From the human T2T-CHM13v2.0 reference genome, Homo sapiens, in NCBI RefSeq assembly GCF_009914755.1, contig NC_060938.1: 64,000 bases of DNA; one strand, written 5' to 3'. Shown piece by piece: positions 1 to 13,190 of the stretch. Each line of letters starts with the position of its first letter. Within the stretch, counting starts at the first letter, position 1. Under the pieces are notes generated by a model. The model was given only the letters and a program-made list of their open reading frames with translations, ran no database searches and was not told the DNA's origin. The translations under genes were made by a program, and so were the position numbers.

Positions 1-1409
1 TGGAAAGGAATGGAGAGGAGTGGAGAGCAGAGGAGCGGAATCCAAAGGAATAGAATGGAATAGAGAGGAATGGAATGGAGTGGATTGGAGCGCAGTGGAA
101 TGGAATGGAATGGAGTGGAGTGGAATGGAATGGAGTGGAGTGGAATGGAATGGAACGAAATGGAGGGCACTGGTTTTGAATGGAATGGAATGGTGTGGAA
201 TGGAAAGCAATGGAATGGAATGGAACGGAAAGGAGAGGAGGGTAGCATAGTGGAGTGGAATGAAATGGAATACAATGGAATGGAAAGGAAAGGAATGGAA
301 TGCTATGGAATGGAGTGGACTGGAATGGAATGGAGTGGAGGGGAGTGGAATGGTTTGGAATGGATTGGAATGGAATGGAAGTGAATGGAATGGAATGGAA
401 GGGAATAGAATGCAATGGAATGGAGTGCAGTGGAATGGAATGGAGAGGAGTGGAAAAGAATGGAATTGAATGGAGAAGAGTTGAATGGAATAGATTGGAG
501 TGGAATATAAAAGAATGGAATGGAATGGAATGGAATGCAATGGAATTGAATGGAGTGCAGTGGAGTGGAGTGGATTAGTGTAGAATGGAATTGAATGGAA
601 CGGAATGGAATACAATAGAATGGATTAGAATGGAATGGAATGGAATGCAATGGAGTGGAATGGAGAGGAGTGGAGTGGAATGAAATGGAATTAAGAGGAG
701 TGGAATGAAATGGACTGGAATGGAATATATTGGAATGGAGTGGAGTGGACTGGAATGGAATAGAGTAGAATGAAGCAAAGTGGAATGGAGTGGAGTGGAA
801 TGGCATGACATGGAATGGAATGGAATGGAGTGGAGTGGAGTGGAATGGAATGGAATGGAGTGCAGTGCAGGGGAGAGGAGTCGAGTGGAATACAGTGGAA
901 TGGAGTGGAATGGAATGGATTGCAGTTTAATGGAATGGAGCGGAATGGATTGGAGTGGAATGGAATGGATTGGAATGGAGTGTAATAGAATGGTGTGGAG
1001 TGGAGTGGAATGGAATAGACTGGATTATTGTGGAGGGTAATGGAATGAAATTAAGTGGAGTGGAATGGAATGGAGTGGATTGCAATGGAGTGGAATGGAA
1101 TGGAGTGGAAAAGAATGGAGTGAAATAGAGTGGAATCGAGTGGAGAAGACTGGAATTGATTTGAAAGGAATGGAGTGGAATGCAGTGAAGTGGAATGGTA
1201 TGTATTGGAATGGAGTGGAGTGGAATTGAGTGGAATGGACTGGAGTGGAATGGAAGTTAACGGAATGGAATAGAATGGAATGGAATGGAGTTGAGTGGAA
1301 TGGAACGGAGTGGAGTGGAATGGAATGGAATGGAGTGGATTGGAATGGAGTGGAATGGAATGGTGAGGAATAGAATGGAGTGCAGTGCATTGGAATGGAA
1401 TAGAGTGGA

Positions 1410-2200
1410 ATGGAGTGGTGTGGAATGGTATGGAATGCAGTAGAGTTTAACAGAATGTAGTGGAAGGACAGGAAATGGAGTGGAGTGTAATGGAATGGAA
1501 TGCCGTGTAAAAGAATAGAATGGAGTTGAGTGGAATGGAATGAAGTGGAGTGGAATGGAGTGGCATGGATTGCAATGCAATGGAGGCGAATGGAATGGTG
1601 TGTGAAATGTAATGGAGTGGATTGCTTGGAATGTAATGGAGTGGAATGGAGTTGAGTGGAATGGAATGGGATGGAGAGGAATGGAATGGAATGGAATGGA
1701 ATGGAATGAAGTGGAATGGAGTAGAATAGAATGGAATGGTCTGGAGTGCTGTGGAATGGAATGGAGTGGAGTGGAGTGGTACGTAAATGAATGTAATAAA
1801 ATGGAATGGAATGGAATGGAATGTAGTGGAGTGGAGTGAAGTGGAGTGGAATTGAATGGAATGGGATGGAGTGGAATTGAATGGAGTGAATGGAATGTAG
1901 TGGAATGGAATGGAGTGGAGTGGATTGGAATGAAATAGAGTGCAATGGAGTGGTGTGGAATGGGTTGGAATGGAGTGGAATTTAAGGTAATGCAGTGGAT
2001 TGGCATGAAATGGAGTGGAGTGGAAGGGAATGGAATGCTGTAGACTGGAATGGAATGGAGTTGAGTGGGATGGAAAGAAGTGGAGTGGAAAGGAATGGCG
2101 TGGAGTCGAATGGAATGGAGTGGAATTGAATGGTGTGTGAAATGGAAAGCAGGATATTGAAGAGGAATGTAACGGAGTGGAATGGAGCTGTGAGTGGAAT
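1410..2200 (+). repeat. Diverged tandem duplication, period ~535 bp
   Basis: TGGTGTGTGAAATG occurs at 1596 and 2131. Neighbouring variants (TTTAA..., GAAATGGAGTGGAGTG, GGAATGC(C/T)GT, GGAGTTGAGTGG, GAAGTGGAGTGG) recur in the same order. Confidence 0.7.
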
Positions 2201-2920
2201 GCAATCGAAAGGAATGGAATTGAATGGAATGGAATCGAGTAAAGTGGAATGGAATGTAAGCAAAAGGAATGGACTAGAATGGAATGGTCTCGAATGGAAT
2301 GGAATCGAATTGAATGGACTTGAAAGAACGGATTCGAATGGAATTAAATCGAATGGAATCGAATGCTCTGGAATGGAATAGAATGGACTCGAATTTAATG
2401 GAATGAAATGGAATTCACTCAAATGGAATGGAATCGAAAGTAAGGATATCTAGTGGAATAGATTCTAATGGAATGGAATCGAATTGAATGGACACGAATG
2501 GCATGAACTTGAATGGACATTTCTCGAATGGAATGGAATGGAATGGTGTGGAATGGAATGGACTCGAATGGAATGGTCTCCAATGGAATGGACTCGAATG
2601 GAACGCAATCGAAAGGAATGGAATCGAATGGAATTGAATCGAATAAAGGGGAATAGAATGGACACGAAAGGATTATACTAGAATGGAACCATCTATAATG
2701 GAATGAAATTGAATAGAATGGAATTGAATGGATTGGATTCGAATAAAATGAAAAGGAATCGAATCGAATGGACTGTAATGGAAAAGAATCGACTCGAATG
2801 TAATGGACTAGAATGAAATGCCTTCAAATGGAATAGAAACTAATGGAATGGAAGCTAAAGGAATGGAATTGAATCAAATGGAAACGAAAGGAACGAATTG
2901 GAATGGAAAGGTCTCCAATG
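2200..2920 (+). repeat. Island of a different HSat3-type satellite (CGAAT/GGACT-rich, TaqI-site-rich, GGAGT-free)
   Basis: No GGAGT between 2179 and 2969. About 20 TCGA sites in 2205-2797. Motifs GGACTCGAATGG, GGAATCGAAT, GGTCTCCAATGG (2575, 2910) and GGACACGAA (2490, 2660) are essentially absent from the flanks. Confidence 0.85.
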
Positions 2921-2984
2921 GAATGGAATGGAATACAATGGAATGGAATGGAATGGAAAGGAATGGAATGGAGTGGAATGGAAT

Positions 2985-3115
2985 GGAACGGTATGGAATG
3001 GATTGGATTGGAGTGCATTGCAGAGGAATGGAAAGGAACGGTATGGAATGGATTGGATTGGAGTGCATTGCAGAGGAATGGAAAGGAACGGTATGGAATG
3101 GATTGGATTGGAGTG
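2985..3115 (+). repeat. Exact 50-bp tandem repeat, ~2.6 copies
   Basis: Unit GGAACGGTATGGAATGGATTGGATTGGAGTGCATTGCAGAGGAATGGAAA at 2985 and 3035, partial at 3085. Confidence 0.95.
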
Positions 3116-6100
3116 GAATGGAGTGGAATGGAAAGGAATGGAGTGGATTGGATTCGAATGGAATTGAATGCAGTGGAGTGGAATGCAATGGAATGGAATG
3201 GAACGGAATGTTATAGAATGGAAAGGAGTGGAGAGGAATGGAATGGAACGGAATGGAATGGAGGGGAAGGGACTGGAGTGGAGTAGAGTATAGTTGAATG
3301 GAATGGAATGGAATGGAATGGAATACTGTAGAATGGTATGTAGTGGAGTGGAATGGAATGGAATATAATGCAGTGGAATGGAGTGGAGTGAAGTGGAATG
3401 GAATGGAATGCAGTGGAATGGAGTGGAATACAGTGGAGTGGAATGGAATGGAGCGGACTGTAAAGAAATGGAGTGGAATGGAATGGCGTGGAATGGAATG
3501 GAGAGGTGTGGAATGGATTGGAGTGGATTGAAATGGAGTGGAGTTGAAAGGAATGGAATGGAAAGGAATGGAAGGGAAAGGTGTAGAATGGAGTGGAAAG
3601 GTTTGGAAAGCAATTGATTGGAGTTTAGTGGAATGGAATGAAAGAGAGTGGAATGACATGGTATGGAGTGCAATGTAATGCAGTGGAATAGAGTGGCGTC
3701 AAATGGAATGGAAGGGAATGGAGTGGAATGGAATGGAATGGAATGGAATGGAGTGGAATGGAATGGAGTGGAAAAGAATGGAAGGGAATAAAATAGAATG
3801 GAAGGGAATGGAAGAGAATGCAATGGAATGGAATGGAATGGAATGGAGTGAATTGGAATCGAATGGAATTGATTGGAATGTAATGGAATTGAGAGAAGTG
3901 GAATGAAGGCAATGGAATGCAATGGAATGAAATGAGAATAAGTGCAGTGGAATGAAATGGAACGGAATGGAATGTAGTGGATTGGAGTGGAGTGGAGTGG
4001 AATTGAATTGAATGGAGTGCAGAAGAATGGACTGGAATGGAATGGAATGGAATGGAATGGATTAGAATGGAATGGTATGTAATGGAATGTTACAGAATTG
4101 AATGGAGTGGAGTAGAATGGAATGAAATAGAATGGAAAGGAATGATGACGAGGGGACTGGAGTGGAGAAGAATATAGTGGAACGGAATGGAATGGAAGGG
4201 AATGGAATGGAGAGCAATGGAATTGAAAACTATAGAATGGTATGGATTTGAGTGGAATGGAATGTTATCTAATGCATTGGAATGGAGTGGAGTGGAGTGG
4301 AATGGAATGTAATCCATTGTAATGGAGTGGAATGGAATGGAAATGAATGGAACGCAATGGAATGGAATGGGGTGGGGTGGAGTAGAGTGGACTGAAATGG
4401 AAAGGAGAGGAATGGAAAGGAGTGGCAGGAAGTGGAGTGGAACGGAATGGAGTGGACTGGAAACAAATGGAGTGGAATGGAATGGTGTGGAATGGAATGC
4501 AGTTGTGTGGAATGCAATGGAGTGGAGAGGAATGGACTGGAGTTGAATGGAATGGAATGGAGAGGAATAGAATGGAAAGCTTTGGAGTGCAGTGGAGTAG
4601 TGTGGAATGGAATAGAATGGAGTAGAGTGGAATGGAATGAAATGCAGTGGAATGGCATTTAATGGAATGCAATGGAATGCAGTGGAATAGAATGGAGTCT
4701 AATGGAATGGAATGCAATGTACTGGATTGGAATGGAATGAAATGAAATGGAATGGAGTGGGGTGGAGAGGAATGGAATGGAATGGAGTGGAATGGAATGG
4801 AGTGGAATGGAGTGCAGTGGAATAGAGAGGAATGAAATTGAATGGAACAGAATGAATGTATTGAAATGCATCGAATTGGAGTGGAATGGGGTGGAATGGA
4901 ATTGAATGGAGTGGAATAGAATGGAATGAAATGGAATGCAATGGATTCGAGAGGAGTGCTGTGGAATATAATGTAAGGGAGTACAATTGAATGGAATGGA
5001 ATGGAATGGAATGGAGTGGGGTGGAATTGAATGGAATGGAGTGGAATGGAATGGAATGCAATGGAATGGAAAGGAATGGAATGCAATGGAATGGAATGTA
5101 AAGCAATGGAAAGCAATGGAAGGGAGAGGAGGGGAATGTAGTGCAGTGGAGTGAAGTGTAACAGAATGGAATGAAATGGAATGGAATAGAATGGAATGGA
5201 GTGGAGTTGAAAGGATTGGAATGCAACGGTATGGAACGCAATGGAATGGAACAGAGTGGAATGGAATAGAATGGAATGGAATTTAGTGGTATGTAGAGGA
5301 GTGGAGTGGAATGGAGATGAAAGTAATGGAATGGAAAGGAAGGGAAATGAATGGGATGGAAAGGAATGGAATGAGACTGGGTGAATTCGAGTGAAATGCA
5401 ATGGATGGAAGTGGAATGGAATGGAATGCAATGCAATGGAATGGGACAGAATGTAATGGAATGGAATGCAATGGAGTGGAATGGAATGGAATGGAATGGA
5501 ATGGAATGGCATAGAATGGGGTGGAATGGATTGGAATGAAATGGAATGGAATGGAATGGAATGGATTGGAGTGGAGTGGAGTGGAATCGAATAGAATGGA
5601 GAGGAGCAGAATTGAATGGAATCGAATAGAGTGGAATGGAATGGAGAGGAATGGAAAGGAATGGAATGGAAAGAAATGGAGTGGAATGGAATTGAATGGA
5701 TTGGAGTGGAATGGAATGGAATGGGCGGGGATGGAATGGAGATGAGGGGATTGGAGTGGAGTAGAGAATAGTGGATTGGAATGCAAAGGAAAGGAATGGA
5801 ATGCAATGGAACACTATAGAATGGTATGGAGTTTACTGGAATGGAATGGAATGCAGATGAGTGGAATGTAATTGAAAGGAATGGAACAGAATGGAGTGGA
5901 CTAGAGTGGAATGGAATGGAGTAGATTGGAATGCAATGGAATGGATTGTAATAGAATGCAATGCAGTGGAATGGAAAGTTGCGGAGTGGAGTAGCGTGGA
6001 GTGGAATGGAACTGAATGGAATTCTATTTAATGGAAATGGAAGTAAATGGAATGGAATGGAGTAGAGTAGAATGGAGTGGAATGGAGTCGAATGTAGAGC

Positions 6101-6299
6101 AGTGGAATGGAATGGAAAGCAGTTGAGTGGAATGGAACGGAGTTGAATGGAAAAGAGTGTAATGGAGTAGAGTGGAGATGAATGGAATTGAGAGGAATGA
6201 AGTGAGGTGGAATGGAGTAGAATATAGCGGAGTGGAATGGAATGGAATGGAATGGAATGGAGTGGAGTGGAGTGGATTCCAATGCAATGGATTGGAGTG

Positions 6300-7800
6300 G
6301 AGTGGAGAGGATTGGAATAGAATAGAGTGAAATGGAGTGGAATGGAATGGAGTGGAGTGCAATGGAATGGAGCAGAATGGAATGGAGTGGAATGGAATGG
6401 AGTGTAGTGGAGTGTTATGGAATGGTGTGGAGTGTAGCGGAATGGAAAGGACTGGAATGTAGTGGAGTGTAATAGAATGGAAATGAGTGGAGGGGAATGT
6501 AATGGGATGGAGTTGTTTGGAATGGAGTGGAAGGGAATGGAGTGGAATAGAATGGAAGGGAATGGAAAAGAATGGAATGGAGTAAAATGGAACGGAATGG
6601 AAAGGAATGGAATTTAAAGGAATGGAGTGGAGTGGAATTGAATGGAAAGGAATGGAACGGAATGTAATGGAACGGAATGTAATGGAATGGAATGGAATGG
6701 AGTGGATTGGAGTGGAGCGGAGTGGAGTGGTATGGAATTGAATAATGTGGAGTGGAATGGAATGGAATGGAATAGAATGGAATGGAGTGGAGTGGAATGG
6801 AAGGGAATGGGATGGAATGCTGAGGTGTTGACTGGAGTGGAGAAGAGCATAGTGGAATGTAATGGAATGTAATGAAATGGAATAGAATGGAATAGCTTAC
6901 TATAGAATGGTATGGAGTGGAGTGGAATGGAATGGAATGGAATGCAGTGGAATGGAGTGGAGTGGAGTGGAATGGAATGCACTGCAATGGAGTGGAATGG
7001 ATTGGAATGGAGTGGAATGGAGTGGAATGGAGTGGAGTGGAATGGAAAGGAATGGAATCGAATGGAATGGAGTGGAGTGGAGTGGAATGGAATGGAATGG
7101 ATTGGAGGGAGTGGAGAGGAGTGGAATAGAATAGAGTGAAATTGAGTGGAATGGAATGGAGTGGAGTGCAACAGAATGGAGCGGAATGGAATGGAGTGGA
7201 ATGGAATGGAGTGGAGTCGAGTGTTATGGAATGGTGTGGAGTGTACTGGAGTGGAAAGGACTGGAATGTAGTGGAGTGTAATGGAATGGAAATGAGTGGA
7301 AGGGAATGTAATGGAATGGAGTTGATTGGAATGGAATGGAATGGAATTGATTGGAATGGAATGGAAGTGAATGGAATGGAATGGAGTAAAATGGAAAAGA
7401 ATGGAAACGAATGGAATTGAATGGAATGGATTGGAGTGGAATTGAATGGAAAGTAATGGAAAGGCATGGAATGGAATGGAATGGAATGGAACGGAACGGA
7501 ACGGAATGGAGTGGATTGGAGTGGAGTGGAGTGGTATGGAATTGAATAAAATGGAGTGGAATGGAATGGAATGGAAAAGAATGGAATGGAGTGGAGTGGA
7601 ATGGGATGGAATGGGGAGGTGTGGACTGGAGTGGAGGAGAGAATAGTGGAATGGAATGGAATGGAATGGAATGAAATGGAATGGAAGGGAATGCAATGGT
7701 ATACTACAGAATGGTATGGAGTGGAGTGGAATGGAATGGAATGGAATGCAGTGGAATGGAGTGGAATGGAATGGAATGGAGTGGATTGGAGTGGAATTCA
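6300..7800 (+). repeat. Diverged tandem duplication, period ~805 bp
   Basis: GTGTTATGGAATGGTGTGGAGTGTA at 6412/7221; AAATGAGTGGA at 6481/7290; TATGGAATTGAATAA at 6731/7535; ACTA(T/C)AGAATGGTATGG at 6899/7703. Confidence 0.85.
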
Positions 7801-10800
7801 ATGGAGTAAAATGGATTGGATTGTAATGGAGTGGATTAGAATGGAATGGAGAGAAGTGGAAAGAAAAGGAGTGGAATGGAATGGTGTGGATTGGAGTGGA
7901 ATGGAGTGAAATGGAATGGAACTGAACGGAATGAAAAGGAGAGGAATGGAATGGAAAGCTGTGTAGTGGAATGGAGTGGTGTGGAATGGAATTGAATGGA
8001 GTGGAGTGGAGTGGAATGGAATGAAACGGTGTGGAATGGCAATGAATGGGGTGCAATGGAATGGAGGGGATTAGAATGGAGTCTAATGGAAGGGAAAGTA
8101 ATGGAGAGGAGTGGAATGGAATGGAGTGGAATGCAATGGAATCGAGTGAAGTGGAGTAGAGTGGAGTGGAATGCAATGGAGTGGAATGGGATGGAGTGGA
8201 ATGGAGTGGATTAGAATGCAGTGAAATGAAAGGGAATGGAATGGAATGTAGTGAAGTGGAATGGAATGCAATGCAATGGATTCGATTGAAGTGGAGTGGA
8301 GTGGAGTGGAATGCAATGGAGTGGAATGAGATGGAGTGGAGTGGAGTGGAATAGAATGGAATGGAATTGAATGGAAAGGAATTGACTGGAATGCAATGCA
8401 ACGAAATGGAGTGGAATGAAGTTGAATGGAATGCAAAGGAATGGAATTGAATGGAGTGATATGGAATGGAATGAAATGGAATGCAATGGATTCGAGTGGA
8501 GTGCTGTGGAGTGTAATGGAATGGAATGCAATGGAATGGAATGGAATGGAAGGGATTGAAATGGAAAGGAATGCAATAGAATGGAATTTAATGGAATGGA
8601 ATGCAGTGGGGTGGAATAGAAAGGAGTGGAGTGGAATGGAATGGAATGCAATGGAATTTAATGTAACGGAAAGTAATGGAAAGGAATGGAATGGAATGGA
8701 GAGGAGGGGATTATCGTGGAGTGGAGTGAATTGGAAAGGAATGGAATGGAATGGAATGGAATGGAATGAAATGAAATGTGGTGAAGTGGACTAGAATGGA
8801 ATGAAATGGACTAGAATGGAGTGGAGTGGATTGGAATGGAATAGAATGTAGTGGAGTGGAGTGGAATGGAATGGAATGGAGTGGATTGGAAAGGATTGGA
8901 ATAGAATGCATTGGAATGGAATGGAATGAAACAGAGTGGAATGGAATGGAGTGGAATGGAATGGAATGGAATAAAGAGGAGTGTAGTGGAATGGAATCGT
9001 TTGTATTGAAATGTGATGGAATGCAGATGGATGTAATGGAATAGAATGGGATGGAATAGAATGGGATGGAAAGGAATGGAATGGAAATGGGTGGAGTCAA
9101 GAGGAAAGCAATGGAGTGAAGTGGAATGGAATTCAATGCAATGGAATGGAACGGAATGAAATGGATTGGAATGGAATAGAATGGAGTGGAATGCAATGGA
9201 ATGGGATGGAATGGTATTGAATGGAATAGACTGGAGTGGAATGGAATGGAAAGGAATGGAACGGAATGGAATGGAATGGAGTGGGGTGGAATGGAATGGA
9301 AAGTAACGGAGTGGAATGGAGTGTAGTGGAGTGGAATGGAATAGAATGCAGTGGATTAGAATGTAGTGCAATGGAATGCAGAGGAATGAAAGGAAGGGAA
9401 TGGAATGGAATGGAAAGGAATGGAATGGAGGGGAGTGGAATGGAGTGGAAAGGAATTGAATGGAATGGAATGAAGTGGAATGGAATTTAACCGAATGGAT
9501 TGGAGTGGAATGGAGTTGAGTGGAGTGAAATGGAATGGAATGGAGTGGAGTGGAGTGGAATGGAATGGATTGGAATGGAGTGGAATGGAAGGAAATGGGA
9601 TGGAATGGGGAGGAGTGGAATGGATTGGAGTAGAGTATAGTGGAATGGAATGGAATGTAAACAAATGGAATAGAATGGAATGGAACAGAATACTTTCGAA
9701 TGGTACGAAGTGGAGAGGAATGGAACGGAATGCAATGCAGGGGAATGGAGTGGAGTGGAGTGGAATGGAATGGAACGCAGTGGAATGTAGTGGAATGGAA
9801 TGGAGTGGAATGGAGTGGAGTGGAGTGGATTGGAATGGAATGGAGTAGATTGGAGTGGATTGGAATGGAGTGGAGTGGAATGGAATATAGGGGAGTGGAA
9901 AAAAATGGATTGAAATGGAATGGTGGGGAATGGAATGGAGTCGTGTGGAGTGGAATGGAGTGGAGTGGAATGGAGTGGAGTTGAATGTAATGGAAAGTTG
10001 AGGAATGGTATGGAAAGGTGTGGAGTTGAGTGCAGTGGTGTGGAATGATTTGAATGGAGTGGAGTGAAATGGAATGAAACGGAGAAGAATGGCACGGAAT
10101 GTATTGCAATGGAATGGAGTGGATAAGAATGGAGTCTAATGGAAGGGAGTGGAATGGAGTGGAGTGAAATGGAATGAAATGGAATACAATGGAATGGAGT
10201 GGAGTGGAGTGGAATGCAATGGCGTGGAATGCAATGGAGTGGAGTGGAGTGTAGTGGAACAGAGTTGAATGGAATTGAATGGAACGGAATTGACTGGAAT
10301 GGAATGCAACGAAATGGAGTGGAAAGGAGTTGAATGGAATCTAAAGGAATGGAATTGAATGGAGTGGAATTGAAAGGAATGAAATGAAATGCAATGGATG
10401 CGAGTGGAGTGCTGTGGAATGTAATGGATTAGAATTCAAAGGAATGGAATGTAATGGAATGAATTGGAATGCAATGGAATGGAATGGAATGGAATGGAAT
10501 GGAATGGAATGGAATTTAATGGAATGGAATGGACGGGGTGGAATGGAATGGAGTGGAGTGGATTGGAATGGAATGCAATGGAATGTAAAGCAATGGAGTG
10601 GAATGGATTGCAATGGAAAGGAGAAGAGCGGGTTGTATTGGAATGGAGTGAAGTGGAATGGAATGGAACGGAACAGAATGGAATGCAAAGCAATGGCATG
10701 CATTGGAATGGCATGGAATGAAATGGACTGGAATTCAGTGGAGTGGAGTGGAATGGAATGAAATGGAGTGGGATACAATGGAATGGAATGGAATGGAATG

Positions 10801-11200
10801 GAATGGAATGGAATGGAATGGAATAGGGTGGAATGCATTGGGATGGATTGGAATGGAGTAGAGTGGAGTGAAGTGGGATGGAACGGAGTGGAGTGGAAAG
10901 GATTGGAACGGAATGTAATGTAATGGAATGGAATGAAACAGAGTGGAATGGAATGGAATTGAATGGAGAGGAATGTAGAGGAGTGAAGTGGAATGGAATA
11001 GAATGTATTGAAATGTAATGGAATGGAGATGAATGTGATGTAATGCAATGTAATGGAATAGAATGGGATGGAATAGAGTAGCATGGAGTGGAATGAAACG
11101 GAATGGAAGCGTATGGAATGGAATTTAATTGAATGGAATGCAATGGAACCGAATGGAATGCTGTGGAATGGAATGGAATGTGCTGGAAATGAATGGAGTG
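7700..11200 (+). repeat. Diverged tandem duplication, period ~1.9-2.05 kb (shorter paralog at ~4.2-5.8 kb)
   Basis: GGAGTCTAAT at 4694/8078/10131; GCAACGAAATGGAGTGGAA at 8398/10306; GAGTGCTGTGG at 4954/8499/10407; GAAACAGAGTGG at 8928/10935; TGTATTGAAATG at 9002/11004. Confidence 0.8.
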
Positions 11201-12990
11201 GAATGTTATATGGTGGAGTGGAGTGGAATGGAATGGACTGGATTGGAGTGGAATGGAATGGAATGGAATGTAAAGGAGGGGAAACAACTGGAATGGTATG
11301 GAATGGAATGTAATGGAATGGAGTGAAGTGGAAGGGAATGGAATGGAAGCGAACAGAGTGGAATGTAATGGAATGGAGTGGAGAGGAATGGAGTGGAGTG
11401 GAATGGAATGGAGTATAATGTGGTGGAGTGGAGTGGATGGGAATGGAATGCAATGGAGTGGAATGGAACGGAACGGAGAGGAGGGGAATGGAATGGAAGA
11501 GAATGGCATGCAGTGGAGTGGAACGGAATGGAATGGAAAGAAATGGAATGGAATGGAATAAAGTGGAATGGAATCGAGTGGGGCGGAGTGGAATGGAATG
11601 GACAGGAATGGTATGGAATGGAATGTAGTGGAAGGGAATGGCATGAAATGGAGTGGAGGGGAATGGAGTGGAATGGAATGGAGTGGAATGGAGTGGAGTG
11701 CAAGGGAGTGTAATGAAGTGGAGAGGAATGGAAGGGAATGGAATGGATTGTAGCGGAATGGAATGGAATGGAATTGAGTGGATAGGACTGGAATGGAGTC
11801 CAATGGAGTGGAGTGGAATGGAAAGGAGTGGAATGGAATGGAGTGGAAGGGAGTTGAGTGGAATGGAATGTAAAGGATTGGAAAGGAATTGAGTGTAGTT
11901 TAATGGAATTGAACCGAATGGGGTGGAATGGAGTTGAGTGGGGTCAAATGGAGGGGAATGGAATGGAATGTAATGGAATGGAAGGGAATTGAATGGAAAT
12001 GATTGGAGTGTAGTGGAGTGGAATGGAGGGTAGTGGAGTGGAGAGCTATGGAATGGAATTGAATGGAGTGGAATGGAATTGAGTGGAATTGAATGAGATG
12101 GAATGGAGTGAAATGGAATGAAACGGAGTGGAGTGGAAGGGAATGGAATGGAATGGAATGGAATGGAGTGGAATGGAATGGAATGGAATGGAATGGAATG
12201 GAATGGAATGGAGTGGAATGGAATGGAATGGAATGGAGTGGAGTGGAGTAGAATGGAGTGGAATGCAATGGAGTGAAGGGGAGTGGAATGGAATTGTTTG
12301 GAGAGAATTGGAATGGAATGGATTGTAATCGAGTAGTGTGGAATTGAATGGAATGCAGTGTAGAGGAATGGAACATAATGGAGTGGAATGGAATGAATTG
12401 GAGTGGAATGGAACTGAGAGGAGTGGAATGGAATGGAAACGAATGGAATGGAATGGAATGGAATGAAATTGAGTGGAACGCAATGGAGTGGGGATGAGTG
12501 GAATGGAATGGACTGAAGTGGAATGGAATGGAATAGAATGGAATGGGACGGAATTTAACGCATTGGAATGGAGTGGAATGGAGTGGAGTGAAATGGATTG
12601 TAATGGAATGGAATGGGATACAATGGAATGGACTGTAATGGAATGGAGTGGAATGGAGTGGAATGGAGTGGAATGGAGTGCAGTGGAGTGGAGTGGAGGG
12701 GAGTGGAATGTAATGGAGTGGAGTGGAATGGAATAAAATGGAATGGATTGGAAAGGAACAGAGTGGTGTGGAGTGGGGTCGAATGGAATGAAACTGAAAA
12801 GAATGGAATGGAATGGAATGGAATGGAATAGGGTGGAGGGGAGTGGAGTGGAATGGAATCAATGGAGAGGAATGTACTGGAGTGAAACGGAAAGGAATGG
12901 AGTGGAGTGTAATGGTATGAGGTGGAATGGAATGGAGTGGAATGGATTTCATTGGAGAGGAATGGAATGGAGTAGAATGGAATGGACTGG

Positions 12991-13190
12991 AGTTGAGTGG
13001 AGTGTGTTCGAGTAGATGGTATTTGAATGGAATGGAATATAATGGGGTGGACTGGAGTGGAACGGAGTGGAGTTGAGTGGAATGTGTTCGAGTGGATGGT
13101 ATTGGAATGGAATGGAATGGAAATGGGTGGAATGGAGTGTAGTGTAGTGCAGTGGAGTGGGTTCGATTGGATGATAATTGAATGGAATGT
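12991..13190 (+). repeat. Imperfect ~80-bp tandem repeat, ~3 copies
   Basis: AGTTGAGTGG...TGTGTTCGAGT(A/G)GATGGTATT at 12991 and 13071; a degenerate third copy, GTTCGATTGGATGATAATTG, at 13161. Confidence 0.75.
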
